From Candidatus Bathyarchaeota archaeon (lineage in GTDB: Archaea; Thermoproteota; Bathyarchaeia; Bathyarchaeales; Bathycorpusculaceae), in NCBI GenBank assembly GCA_963717465.1, contig OY970340.1, positions 896,001 through 960,000 of the forward strand: a stretch of 64,000 bases of DNA. The letters are read 5' to 3'. The translations under genes and the position numbers were made by a program. The first letter of the stretch is position 1. Each line of letters opens with the position of its first letter. Below, in pieces: positions 20,317-29,284 of this stretch. The notes below the pieces were generated by a model. That model was given only the letters and a program-made list of their open reading frames with translations. It searched no databases and was not told the DNA's origin.

Positions 20317-20500
20317 CCAATCGCTCTCTTTTTTTGATTTAATTCACAATAGTTTTTCATAGTTATAAAACCTGTTATAAAACAAGCGGCAACACTTCAA
20401 ATTGGGAATTCGATTAATACTTATGAAACAATTAAGTTATCAAGCTATAAGAAATCAGGTTTCGAGTTTATTCTGACGCACATTAGAGTGTGCGATCTTT

Positions 20501-20830
20501 TTATTTCCGTTTGCAGGGACCGGGAGGCAGGTTGATATAAAATGGAAAATCAAAAAAATAAATCAAAACGTTGGCTTTACGAGCCTGAGCGAAGCGAAGT
20601 CCTGAAGCGTAGCGGAAGGACAAAGGTCGCCGGTTCAAGTCCGGCTCGGCCCACTTTTCATTATTTTTGATTTCCAATTTACCGATATTTTGCGGAGACA
20701 TCAGTGAATTACCATTCAATAAGTGTTTTAAGTGGTTTTCAAACGTTTTACTCAAATTAAATCCTAATTCTTTTGATTTTTCGACTAATTCTTTGTCTAA
20801 GTATAATACGACATTGCCCTTAGCTGGCAT
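20501..20830 (-). CDS. CcdA/VapB-like RHH antitoxin-type protein; tail runs through attR
   Basis: VVLYLDKELVEKSKELGFNLSKTFENHL. Confidence 0.6.
   Translation of the reverse strand: MPAKGNVVLYLDKELVEKSKELGFNLSKTFENHLKHLLNGNSLMSPQNIGKLEIKNNEKWAEPDLNRRPLSFRYASGLRFAQARKANVLIYFFDFPFYINLPPGPCKRK
20542..20670 (+). CDS. int(N) fragment: start of the integrase, reading into attR
   Basis: GGAGG/AGGT SD-like sequence upstream; MENQKNKSK-RWLYEP...KVAGSSPARPTF reads att in the same frame as int(C). Confidence 0.75.
   Translation: MENQKNKSKRWLYEPERSEVLKRSGRTKVAGSSPARPTFHYF
20568..20658 (+). repeat. attR with 36-nt hairpin insertion (20586-20621)
   Basis: Identical to attL apart from the insert. Confidence 0.9.
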
Positions 20831-21195
20831 TTGCATTCGCATCCGAGGGCATGCGAAGAGAAGTTGTATGTTATATGTTTGTTCATTACTTTAGAGATTG
20901 ATCAATAGAGATGAGGGCACCCTATACTAGAAATTTATTATTATCTATTGATTATTTGGCGAGTAAAGTCGTGTACGCTATAAAAACATGTTTCCTTGCA
21001 ACACAAGAGTTCCGTAATCTGCATAGTCCTTTCCCGCAATCAATCAATTTTATAACTCTAAAATCTACATGTCCATTAGTTTGTAGTAAAACTAAAAAGA
21101 GTTAAGAACAATAACAATCAATTATGCAAGCTCGTTGTGGAACCTTAAACGCGCTCGGTCATTAAGCAAAAATAATAATTAACGGTAAAAGAAAA

Positions 21196-21540
21196 ATGGG
21201 AGAAAAAGGAGAAAACCGCCTAAAAAAATTCAACCGACTGCTTATGTGGCCAACGTTGGTCCTTTTCATATTTTTGGTAATTTCTGGATATGGAATCTCT
21301 AATCCAACATTGGTCAATGAACTGACCGGAGGCTTGTTTACTCGCGCCTTTTCATTTCAGCTACACATGACTTTGGTTCTGCCTACTTTGACTTTGCTCA
21401 CAATTCACGTTCTGATTGCAATCAGGGCGTCCCTGATTCGTTGGGGCATAAGAGAAGGCAAACTTCTAGATGCTTTTCTGATTCTTCTAGGAGCCTTCGC
21501 TCTGACCCTGATCGCACTTATGCAGTACCTCATAATGTAG
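21196..21540 (+). CDS. Small 3-TM membrane protein (possible heme-b partner)
   Basis: Hydrophobic helices with two His (QLHM, TIHV); directly upstream of the Moco enzyme. Confidence 0.55.
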   Translation: MGEKGENRLKKFNRLLMWPTLVLFIFLVISGYGISNPTLVNELTGGLFTRAFSFQLHMTLVLPTLTLLTIHVLIAIRASLIRWGIREGKLLDAFLILLGAFALTLIALMQYLIM

Positions 21541-21552
21541 AGAGTTGAAAAG

Positions 21553-22836
21553 ATGCCCAAAACCCAAAGAATAGCTTCCCTGACCTTAGCGATAGTCATT
21601 GCTCTAGTCATCTGTCTGCCAACGCTGAAAACAACCGCTGCTCAAGAATCTGGCATGATAGAAATAACTGGGGATGTGAGCACGCCGTTAAACTTGACCT
21701 ATGCTGAACTGCTTTCTATGCCGATGGTTTCAGAGGTAGCTGAGCTGAAATGCGTCACAGGTTCTCCAGACGTTACTTACAACTGGACTGGAATACCACT
21801 CTTCTATCTTCTGACTTTAGCTCAAATCAAACCCGACGCCTACAAGATAGTAACAATATGTTCAGACGGCTACACTTCAGACCTGCTCGTAGGAGACGCT
21901 TTGCAGCCCACGACAATTCTGGCTCTAAAAGCAAACGGAGTAAGCCTACCGCAACTGACTTACGGTCCTGAAGGTCCTAATAGACTGGTTGTCCCGGGCA
22001 AGTATGGTTATAAATGGTCTAGTGGGATTGTAGAAATAGAAGTTGTCACGACTGATTACAAGGGAGAATATGAAAGTTCAGGTTACAGTGACGATGCCAA
22101 CGTGCCTAACTATGGACCAATGCCGACGCCAACTCCTCCTTTACAGACGCTGGATCTAACCTACGGAAACAGGACCTTCGAAGTTGGGGCGTTCACAAAC
22201 GTTTCGATAGCGGCCTCTTCATTTGATGGTTCCTTGAAAACATTGAATGTGAATGTTACTGTTCCGGAAGGAACGTCGGGTTTCACCGACTTGATAATGC
22301 AACAAGACTTTCTAAGTAGACCATACAGCGTCACCTTGGATGGAAAGGCAGTGAGCACGGTTGAAGCTGATACCAACTCAACCTCGTACATATACTTGGC
22401 TCTTACGGATGGCTTTCACACGGTGAACATAGTAGGCGCAGAGTTTGTTCAAATCCCAGAGGTTATCGTAAACTATCCTTCAACGGTCAATGTTGGACAA
22501 GACGTGACTTTTGACGCGAGCAAGTCAGCTGACGTTGGATTTATAGTTTCGTATGATTGGAGTTTTGGCGATGGAACAAATGGAAATGGACCAGTTGTAT
22601 CACATGTGTATGGCAAAGTAGGAACATACCAGGTGACGCTCAATGAGACTAACAATGTAGGTGCGAGTAGTTTGAAAACGTTCACGATAACAGTTGTAAA
22701 TTCGCTGGATATCCTTCTTGTCGTAAAGATGCTTTTAGTGGCGATGCTGGTCGGGCTTGTTTTGATTTTTGGATTTCTTTTAAGAAAGAGGAGAATAACG
22801 CATCCGCCAAGCAACGGAAATTCAGGTGCTGATTAG
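21553..22836 (+). CDS. Secreted molybdopterin-dependent oxidoreductase (sulfite oxidase/MsrP-like) with PKD domain and C-terminal membrane anchor
   Basis: Signal peptide; LKCV, WTGIPL, DGY, RLVVPGKYGYKW; PKD YDWSFGDG...HVY...GTYQVTL; TM helix plus RKRR. Confidence 0.85.
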   Translation: MPKTQRIASLTLAIVIALVICLPTLKTTAAQESGMIEITGDVSTPLNLTYAELLSMPMVSEVAELKCVTGSPDVTYNWTGIPLFYLLTLAQIKPDAYKIVTICSDGYTSDLLVGDALQPTTILALKANGVSLPQLTYGPEGPNRLVVPGKYGYKWSSGIVEIEVVTTDYKGEYESSGYSDDANVPNYGPMPTPTPPLQTLDLTYGNRTFEVGAFTNVSIAASSFDGSLKTLNVNVTVPEGTSGFTDLIMQQDFLSRPYSVTLDGKAVSTVEADTNSTSYIYLALTDGFHTVNIVGAEFVQIPEVIVNYPSTVNVGQDVTFDASKSADVGFIVSYDWSFGDGTNGNGPVVSHVYGKVGTYQVTLNETNNVGASSLKTFTITVVNSLDILLVVKMLLVAMLVGLVLIFGFLLRKRRITHPPSNGNSGAD

Positions 22837-23404
22837 CTTACTTATTAAACGTACGAGTGTAATTATTTTTTAATGCTCGCACTATTGTCTAACTGTATCA
22901 CCTGCTATTACAAGCAGTACCAGCGCAGTAATTTTTTAATATTAAAATTTAATGCTTAATCCTTTAAGAATAACTCAATGGGTAATGACTAACTAATAAA
23001 AGAGAACTTTTTAAGTTAATTTTACACTCATTTCCTAATTTATTAATTCACCATTTTTGTGATTTTACCTGAATTTTCTAAATTTCTAATTTCTAAATCG
23101 GTAAAGAAATAAAAAATTTAGAAGGCTCTTATCCCTTTGTGGGAAGGCAATTAATTTTCTAAAAAATATTTAATTTTATAAATTATAAATAGAAAAAAAA
23201 TGGCAATACGTAATGATTTACTGTACATTCATTTCTTAACTCTCCAAAAAGCAAAAAAACTGAAATAGCTTGAATTTACCAACTTTCAATATTGTTGCTT
23301 TCTGCCTACTTACCCTTTATTCTGTTGGTTCAGAAGGAAAAAGCAAAAAAAAGAGCTGATTTAACGAAAAAATAGGGGAGCGTTGTGGTTCCGGTCTGTT
23401 CATT

Positions 23405-24223
23405 CTACTCTGTTTGTATTTTTCGCATGTAGGCGGCTACAGTGAGAGGCATGAATATAGCCGCAACTACCGCTATCCCAATGAGTGATAGCCAGAAGTC
23501 ATTACCGAAGGTGCCATGATTGAAAAGTTGCCGAATAGCATCAACAAGATAGGTTACTGGATTCAAATTGACAAATGTTTGCAGCCAGTTGGGCAGTGTG
23601 TTGGTAGGTACAAAGGCATTGGATAGGAAAGTAAGCGGAAATAATATGGCCATGGAGATTCCCTGTACAGTGGTTGCTGAATTAGCGATGACTCCCATAA
23701 AAGCAAATATCCAGCTGATACACCATGCAGCCAGAATAACGAGAAGGCAGCCAGCAACAGCGCCTCCAACACTAGCGCATCGGAAACCAAGGATGCAACC
23801 CATGCCGAATGTCAGAGAGGTGGCGATGCTGTAGCGTAGCAAATCGGCTATCGCTGCCCCAGTTATGGGAGTTTCGTGTGAGATTGGAAGGGATTTGAAA
23901 CGATTGAACACGCCCTTAACCATGTCCTCGCTGAGTTGAACACCCATAGGCATGGTAGCAGTTAACGCAGTCTGAACCATAATACCTGGAATAATTATTG
24001 GTAGATAACCATTGATGTTGCCAGAGATCGCGCCTCCAAAGAGATAGGTAAACAAAAGCGTGAATAAAATAGGTTGTACGATAACGTCAAAAAGTTGTTC
24101 TGGGTTTCGGCGAATCAGAAGTAGATGACGATACGCCATGGTTAATGAGTTCCGGATAGTCATAGGAATGCTTGTGCGGTTCTTTAGTTTGCGTTCAACG
24201 CCTGGAACAATTTTTGTTGTCAT
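23405..24223 (-). CDS. ABC-2 exporter permease (DrrB-like)
   Basis: RRNPEQLFD, FLSNAFVP..TLP.WLQ.FV..NP.T. Confidence 0.9.
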   Translation of the reverse strand: MTTKIVPGVERKLKNRTSIPMTIRNSLTMAYRHLLLIRRNPEQLFDVIVQPILFTLLFTYLFGGAISGNINGYLPIIIPGIMVQTALTATMPMGVQLSEDMVKGVFNRFKSLPISHETPITGAAIADLLRYSIATSLTFGMGCILGFRCASVGGAVAGCLLVILAAWCISWIFAFMGVIANSATTVQGISMAILFPLTFLSNAFVPTNTLPNWLQTFVNLNPVTYLVDAIRQLFNHGTFGNDFWLSLIGIAVVAAIFMPLTVAAYMRKIQTE

Positions 24224-25257
24224 TGTTTGTTTGCTCCTTTTTGTGCTTGCTTGTTTTCACGTTCGTGTTTGCTTTCACCGGTGAGAGTCAGGAAAACTTC
24301 GTCTAGAGTTGGTTCTTGCACGTTCACTCTAGAAAGGCGAATACTTTCTTCGCGCAGAGCGAGGAGTAAATCGGTTACTCGTTCAGGATCTGCCATGGGA
24401 GCGGTAATGAGTGTGGGCTCGTTTGACGATGCTTTTGCGTTGAGTACTGTTTGAACGATGCTTATTGCCTTGGCGTTATCTTTCTCATTATCGAGTCGCA
24501 GATGCAACGTTGCACTTCCAATTTTCGCTTTTAACTCGTTAGGTGTACCTTCAGCCACAACATGTCCATGATCGATAACGACGATTCGGTCAGCAAGTTG
24601 GTCGGCTTCATCGAGATACTGAGTGGTCAAAAGAATCGTTGACCCTGACGAAACAAGTTGTCTAATAATCTTCCACATCTGATTTCTCGTTCGTGGATCA
24701 AGCCCGGTTGTAGGCTCATCCAGAAAAATGAGCGGTGATTGCACAATGATGCTTGCCGCGAAATCAAGCTTGTGCCTCATACCTCCTGAGAATTTCTCGA
24801 CTGGCCGGTTGGCAGCCTCGGTTAACCCGAATTCTTCCAGTAACTCTGCGGTTCTCTTGCGTGCTTCAGTTCTGCTTAATCCAAGTAACATTCCAAAAAT
24901 GTTCAAGTTCTCGGCTGCGGATAGTTTCTCATCAAGAGCGGCATCTTGATCAGTTACACTGATGAGCTGTCGGACGATTTGCGCTTCATGCTGTATGTCG
25001 TGGCCAAATATTTTAGCAGTACCTTCATTAGGCTTTAGTAGGGTCGCAAGCATATTGATGGTTGTTGTCTTACCGGCACCGTTTGGTCCAAGTAAACCAT
25101 ATATGCAGCCTGTCGGTATGGCTAAATCCACGCCATCAACTGCTCGATTATCGCCAAATATCTTTACGAGTCCTTTAGCTTCCACGGCTAGTGTGTCTTG
25201 ATCTGTTTTAGACGAATTCGTCGGGGTTTTAACCTGAATTTCTGATTGTTTAGACAT
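24220..25257 (-). CDS. ABC exporter ATPase (DrrA-like)
   Basis: GPNGAGKTT, FSGGM, FLDEPTTGLDP, TTQYLDEAD. Confidence 0.92.
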   Translation of the reverse strand: MSKQSEIQVKTPTNSSKTDQDTLAVEAKGLVKIFGDNRAVDGVDLAIPTGCIYGLLGPNGAGKTTTINMLATLLKPNEGTAKIFGHDIQHEAQIVRQLISVTDQDAALDEKLSAAENLNIFGMLLGLSRTEARKRTAELLEEFGLTEAANRPVEKFSGGMRHKLDFAASIIVQSPLIFLDEPTTGLDPRTRNQMWKIIRQLVSSGSTILLTTQYLDEADQLADRIVVIDHGHVVAEGTPNELKAKIGSATLHLRLDNEKDNAKAISIVQTVLNAKASSNEPTLITAPMADPERVTDLLLALREESIRLSRVNVQEPTLDEVFLTLTGESKHERENKQAQKGANKQ

Positions 25258-25279
25258 TTTTTAACTTCCTTTTTTTATC

Positions 25280-25867
25280 TTAGCCTTTAGAGTCTTGCAT
25301 TTTTTTGTTTATATTTTCAAGCTTTGTTATGGTCTCATTTAAAATCGTCAAGCTTTCGCTTTCTACTTGCTGAGAGTAATTTTGTCGTAGTTCCCCGATT
25401 AGCTGTACGGCTACATGCTGGAGCCTAATCATAGCGTGTACGAGTTCACTTCTCTCATGAGGTATTCCTCTCTGAAATTCTTCTAAGGGTGCCCTTTGAA
25501 AGAAACCCATGTGTTCCCTAACTCTGCCCATATGTTCCTTTACTTTCTGCTGATCTTTTTCAAGCAAAAGTCGTCCGTTTTCGGTTATTTGATAACGTTT
25601 TACGCCGTTTTCTTCAGGCAGTTCTTTGATGTATGTGCTGTCTTTTAGAAATGCGAGTAGCGGGTAGATTGAGCCGGGACTGGGTTTCCAAGCTCCACCT
25701 GTATGTTTTTGGATTTCATTCATGAGCTCCGAGCCTGACATTGGCTTTTCAGTTAAGGCTTCCAATACATGGTAACGTAGAAAACCCTTTGGCACCATGT
25801 CGATTCGATGAAGCCAATGGTGCAAATGCTTTGCATGATGATTGTGTTGAGTGTGTTCATCAAACAT
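25280..25867 (-). CDS. PadR-family transcriptional regulator
   Basis: VLEAL.EKPMSGSEL...WKPSPGSIYPLL...YQITENG. Confidence 0.9.
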   Translation of the reverse strand: MFDEHTQHNHHAKHLHHWLHRIDMVPKGFLRYHVLEALTEKPMSGSELMNEIQKHTGGAWKPSPGSIYPLLAFLKDSTYIKELPEENGVKRYQITENGRLLLEKDQQKVKEHMGRVREHMGFFQRAPLEEFQRGIPHERSELVHAMIRLQHVAVQLIGELRQNYSQQVESESLTILNETITKLENINKKMQDSKG

Positions 25868-25907
25868 ATCGATTCCGATATCGCATAAGATATCGCATGA
25901 GATATTT
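25867..25907. promoter_or_regulatory. Tandem 12-bp repeats (GATATCGCATRA), probable PadR operator
   Basis: GATATCGCATAA-GATATCGCATGA-GATAT between the TATA-like sequence and the padR start. Confidence 0.5.
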
Positions 25908-26310
25908 AAGTCTAGCTGTTGAGATAGTTTTCCGTAAAGCGCATATTTATCAACCTACTATTAGTTTAAGAAAAGTGCATCTGACACTGCATTCATTTCT
26001 TTATTTGTTCGTTTACTAAGAAATAAGCCAAAATTTCTTTTTTTCTAAATTCTAAATCGGGTAAGAAATAAAAATTAATTAAGCCATATTGTCACATTGT
26101 GATAATGGAAAATTAATTTCTATAAATTATAAATAGAAATCTCGAGCCGGCAATAAGCCAAAAGAATCATCGAGTTTGCGCCACTATAGTCATTTCTGTG
26201 CTTTTTTGTGATAAAATTCGGTTTATTGCTCTGCAACCAGGTTAACGCTAATCTGATTGAAAAAGCTTTTATCCACAGACGTACAAGGCAATTTATTGAG
26301 GAAAAATCAA

Positions 26311-26991
26311 ATGAGTAGCAATGTCGAATCAAGTAAGACCTTAGCTGGTGTCGGTTCAATATTACTGATACTCAGCATGGTTCCTTATGCAGGTGCAGTA
26401 TTAAGCATCATCGGTGCAATACTATTGCTCATAGGAATTAAGGGGCTCGCAAGTTACTATCAAGACAACGAAATCTACGAAAACACCTTGATGGGCATTA
26501 TATTTTTAATAATCGCTGTAATAGTTGAGGCAATTCTCGTTTTCGGAGCAGTAATTAGCTTTGCAAGTCTAGCCGGCATTGGATTAGGACTAATAGAAAT
26601 AGTATTAGGTTTAATTCTAGCGTTCATCTTTTACCTACTTTCAGCAATGCGTTTGAAAAAAACTTTTAATATGCTTTCGCAGAAATCAGGAGAAAATTCA
26701 TTTGCGACCGCCGGAACTTTAATTTGGTGGGGAGCTATACTGACAATAATTTTCGTAGGCTTTATTCTAATATTTATCGCTTGGATATTTGCAACAATAG
26801 CCTTCTTCTCTATGAAACTTCAACCACCTCAGCAACCATTCGCTTCACAACCACCTGGCTACACTCCGCCTTCTGTGCCACCAGTAACACAACAAACGCA
26901 AACCTCACGATATTGCCCAAACTGTGGTGCCCCCCTTGGACCTGATGCAACTTTTTGTACAAACTGTGGAAAACAATTGCCAACAAAATAA
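26311..26991 (+). CDS. DUF996 membrane protein with C-terminal double zinc ribbon
   Basis: SKTLAGVGSIL, FATAGTL..WGAILTIIFVG; CPNCG...CTNCG. Confidence 0.8.
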   Translation: MSSNVESSKTLAGVGSILLILSMVPYAGAVLSIIGAILLLIGIKGLASYYQDNEIYENTLMGIIFLIIAVIVEAILVFGAVISFASLAGIGLGLIEIVLGLILAFIFYLLSAMRLKKTFNMLSQKSGENSFATAGTLIWWGAILTIIFVGFILIFIAWIFATIAFFSMKLQPPQQPFASQPPGYTPPSVPPVTQQTQTSRYCPNCGAPLGPDATFCTNCGKQLPTK

Positions 26992-27132
26992 AATCCAATT
27001 TTTTTTTCTATGCGCGTTTAATCTTACATTCATTTCATAATCTGTTGATTTACCATTTTTCCAATTTTACATCGAATTTTCTAAACGTTTTTTCGTTTGC
27101 CTTAAATAGGAAGGAGACTTACACACAAGAAT

Positions 27133-27717
27133 ATGACAATTGAAGAAACGTTATCTGTATTACGTAGAGTTTTGTTGAATCAATTGTTTAGGTATTATGT
27201 GAATGAAAATGGGTTTCAAAAAGAACCAGCAGATGGCAAGCTATTTGTTTATGAGGAATTAGATCTAAATGCTGTTTACGATCTTAAAAAAGCGTTTACT
27301 GATGATGCTTTATTAAAAGTTGACCGATTTGAACAGCCTCCAACACTGATCGGCTATATTAAGAAGAATTCAGAATTTGCTGGCCTCATCGTTAACGTAG
27401 ATTATGGAGAATTGTTGCTTCAGACAATTAAAAGAACTAACAAATTAAAGTTACTTTCAAAGGCAAAATTTGCTTTCGCGATAACAACCGAAGAAGTGAC
27501 CACTAAATTGTTAAAGACGCTCAAGAAAAACCAGCAATTGTACGAAAACATCGTTATTGCTACTTACATTAAACCTAACCTGTTCTATGGTCTTGGATTA
27601 ACATACGGAGATTTAATAATCAACCCAATGTTCAAAAAAACTACTCCAAAATGTCTAACACCTTTAGTCCATGATACTAAAGAAAAAAGAAACAAATCCA
27701 AAACCAAAAAAAATTAA
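27133..27717 (+). CDS. Hypothetical protein
   Basis: 194-aa ORF with AGGAG upstream; no recognised motif. Confidence 0.5.
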   Translation: MTIEETLSVLRRVLLNQLFRYYVNENGFQKEPADGKLFVYEELDLNAVYDLKKAFTDDALLKVDRFEQPPTLIGYIKKNSEFAGLIVNVDYGELLLQTIKRTNKLKLLSKAKFAFAITTEEVTTKLLKTLKKNQQLYENIVIATYIKPNLFYGLGLTYGDLIINPMFKKTTPKCLTPLVHDTKEKRNKSKTKKN

Positions 27718-27819
27718 TCACCATTCAGACGGCACTTTCGTGCTTCTTTTTCGTGTACGCGCAAATACACTTTTTGGGTTTAAGTCCATTCGTTAATAGA
27801 AGAATTTGAACTCAAAGAG

Positions 27820-27893
27820 GCGGCCGAGCAGGATTTGAACCAGCGACCTTTCGACTATCAGTCGAACGCTCCAGCCGTATTGAGTACCGACTC
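27820..27893 (-). pseudogene. Degenerate tRNA-Ile(GAT)
   Basis: TTCGA-CTGATAG-TCGAA anticodon arm and GGTTCAAATCC T-loop are intact; acceptor and D arms are mismatched. Confidence 0.7.
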
Positions 27894-28251
27894 TCCATCT
27901 CTCTAACTCTAAATGGAACTCCATAATGGCTATATGTTTCAGCAAATTCTAACACCTAAGGCTGCCAAGTGTGCTGTGAGTTAAAGTCATTATGGGCTGA
28001 AGCCTTCAGAACACCCAAATTTAGCACATAAAACCTTAACTAATGCACTTAAAACCTTAACATTTTCCCTCCTGTTAATGCCGTCTCCTTCAAGCTTTAA
28101 CGAAAATAAGCGCAATTCAAGGGTATCTCTCTCCGCGGAAATCAACTTTTTTAAGATTTACTTAACTTTTTGCAAATTTTACTACTGGCGACTTAGATTA
28201 CACCATTCTTAAACTTAACAAAACCAATTTAGATATAATTTGGGGATGAGG

Positions 28252-28366
28252 GGCTTTCACTGGTGCCCGTCCACACCACCCGCTTAATTTCTGATTTGGC
28301 GCTCCCGACCTTGGGATACATAAAAGGGGATTTACGTGTGCATAGCAGGCATCCTAAGTGAAAGCC
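28252..28366. ncRNA. Candidate structured RNA or MITE-like inverted repeat
   Basis: Perfect 10-bp terminal stem GGCTTTCACT/AGTGAAAGCC plus further inner pairing; GC-rich in an AT-rich spacer. Confidence 0.4.
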
Positions 28367-28669
28367 TAAAAAATACTGCTCTCTTGCTACTAAAAAAGTA
28401 TTGTCCAAAGCCGCACAGACGCACAAATATACTTTGTTCGGCGCGTCTACATTTCCACACAATTTTTATTTTGAGCAATCCACCTTAAAGTATTCTTAAC
28501 CGTTTGAATTCAAAACCAAATATGTTCGGGTCACCTCCGCCAGTTTAGGCTTTGATACATCAGGAATACTTTTCGCAGGGGAACCAGGCTAATTCTGATA
28601 TACATCGCAATCTGATGTATTGCGCTTTTAGCAAGAAACTACTTAAATAAAAAAATAAAAGAAACTTTA

Positions 28670-29110
28670 ATGCAAATACTACGAAAAAAAGTAAAGGACT
28701 TTTCTAGTTCAAGTCCAACCACAGCGGCGCCATCAGCAGAAGAAACCCTGCAGCAACCTTCACAAGCACCAACCAGTGAGCCAGCATTAGAAACAACTGC
28801 ACTTCAGCAAGCCCTAAAAGACCAAATACTAACTCAATTAAATCAAATCTCAGAAACTTCAAGCAGAATCAAGGTCTTAGAGGCACAACTTGAATCAGAG
28901 AAAGAAAACTTATCCAAAGACCTAATCACCTTAAGACAAACATTTGCAGAACAACAAAAAGAAGTAAAAAGCTACTTCTGCAATGTAACTGCAGAAATTA
29001 AGAAACTAGACGCTGTCCTAACCGACAAAGAAATAATGAATAACAAAAATGAACAAAACCGTCCCAATAGGCGTTCACGTAACTCGCGCTCACGCAAAGG
29101 GAAGTCCTGA
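28670..29110 (+). CDS. Hypothetical coiled-coil protein
   Basis: 146-aa ORF, Q/E/L heptads. Confidence 0.5.
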   Translation: MQILRKKVKDFSSSSPTTAAPSAEETLQQPSQAPTSEPALETTALQQALKDQILTQLNQISETSSRIKVLEAQLESEKENLSKDLITLRQTFAEQQKEVKSYFCNVTAEIKKLDAVLTDKEIMNNKNEQNRPNRRSRNSRSRKGKS

Positions 29111-29284
29111 GTTATAATTTATAATTTTAGCTGCAGATTATCAGAAATAGCGCTCCCCTTCAACTATTCTTCAATCATAACGCATCTAAACAATGGCAGA
29201 TGCCTTTCGCCCAACCTGTTTCTGACGATCATGAGCAATGGGAACTTAAGATGCTTGCCCATTGAATAAACTATTTACACCAGT

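Larger units (their letters stand above)
13839..20658. mobile_element. ~6.8 kb integrative element inserted in tRNA-Val
   Basis: 55-bp direct repeat of the tRNA 3' part at 13839-13893 and 20568-20658 (second copy has a 36-nt insert); tyrosine integrase adjacent; accessory cargo. Confidence 0.92.

Noticed and set aside
20586..20621. attR insert as a tRNA intron
   Set aside because: No bulge-helix-bulge could be drawn at the junctions, and the attR copy lacks the tRNA 5' half.
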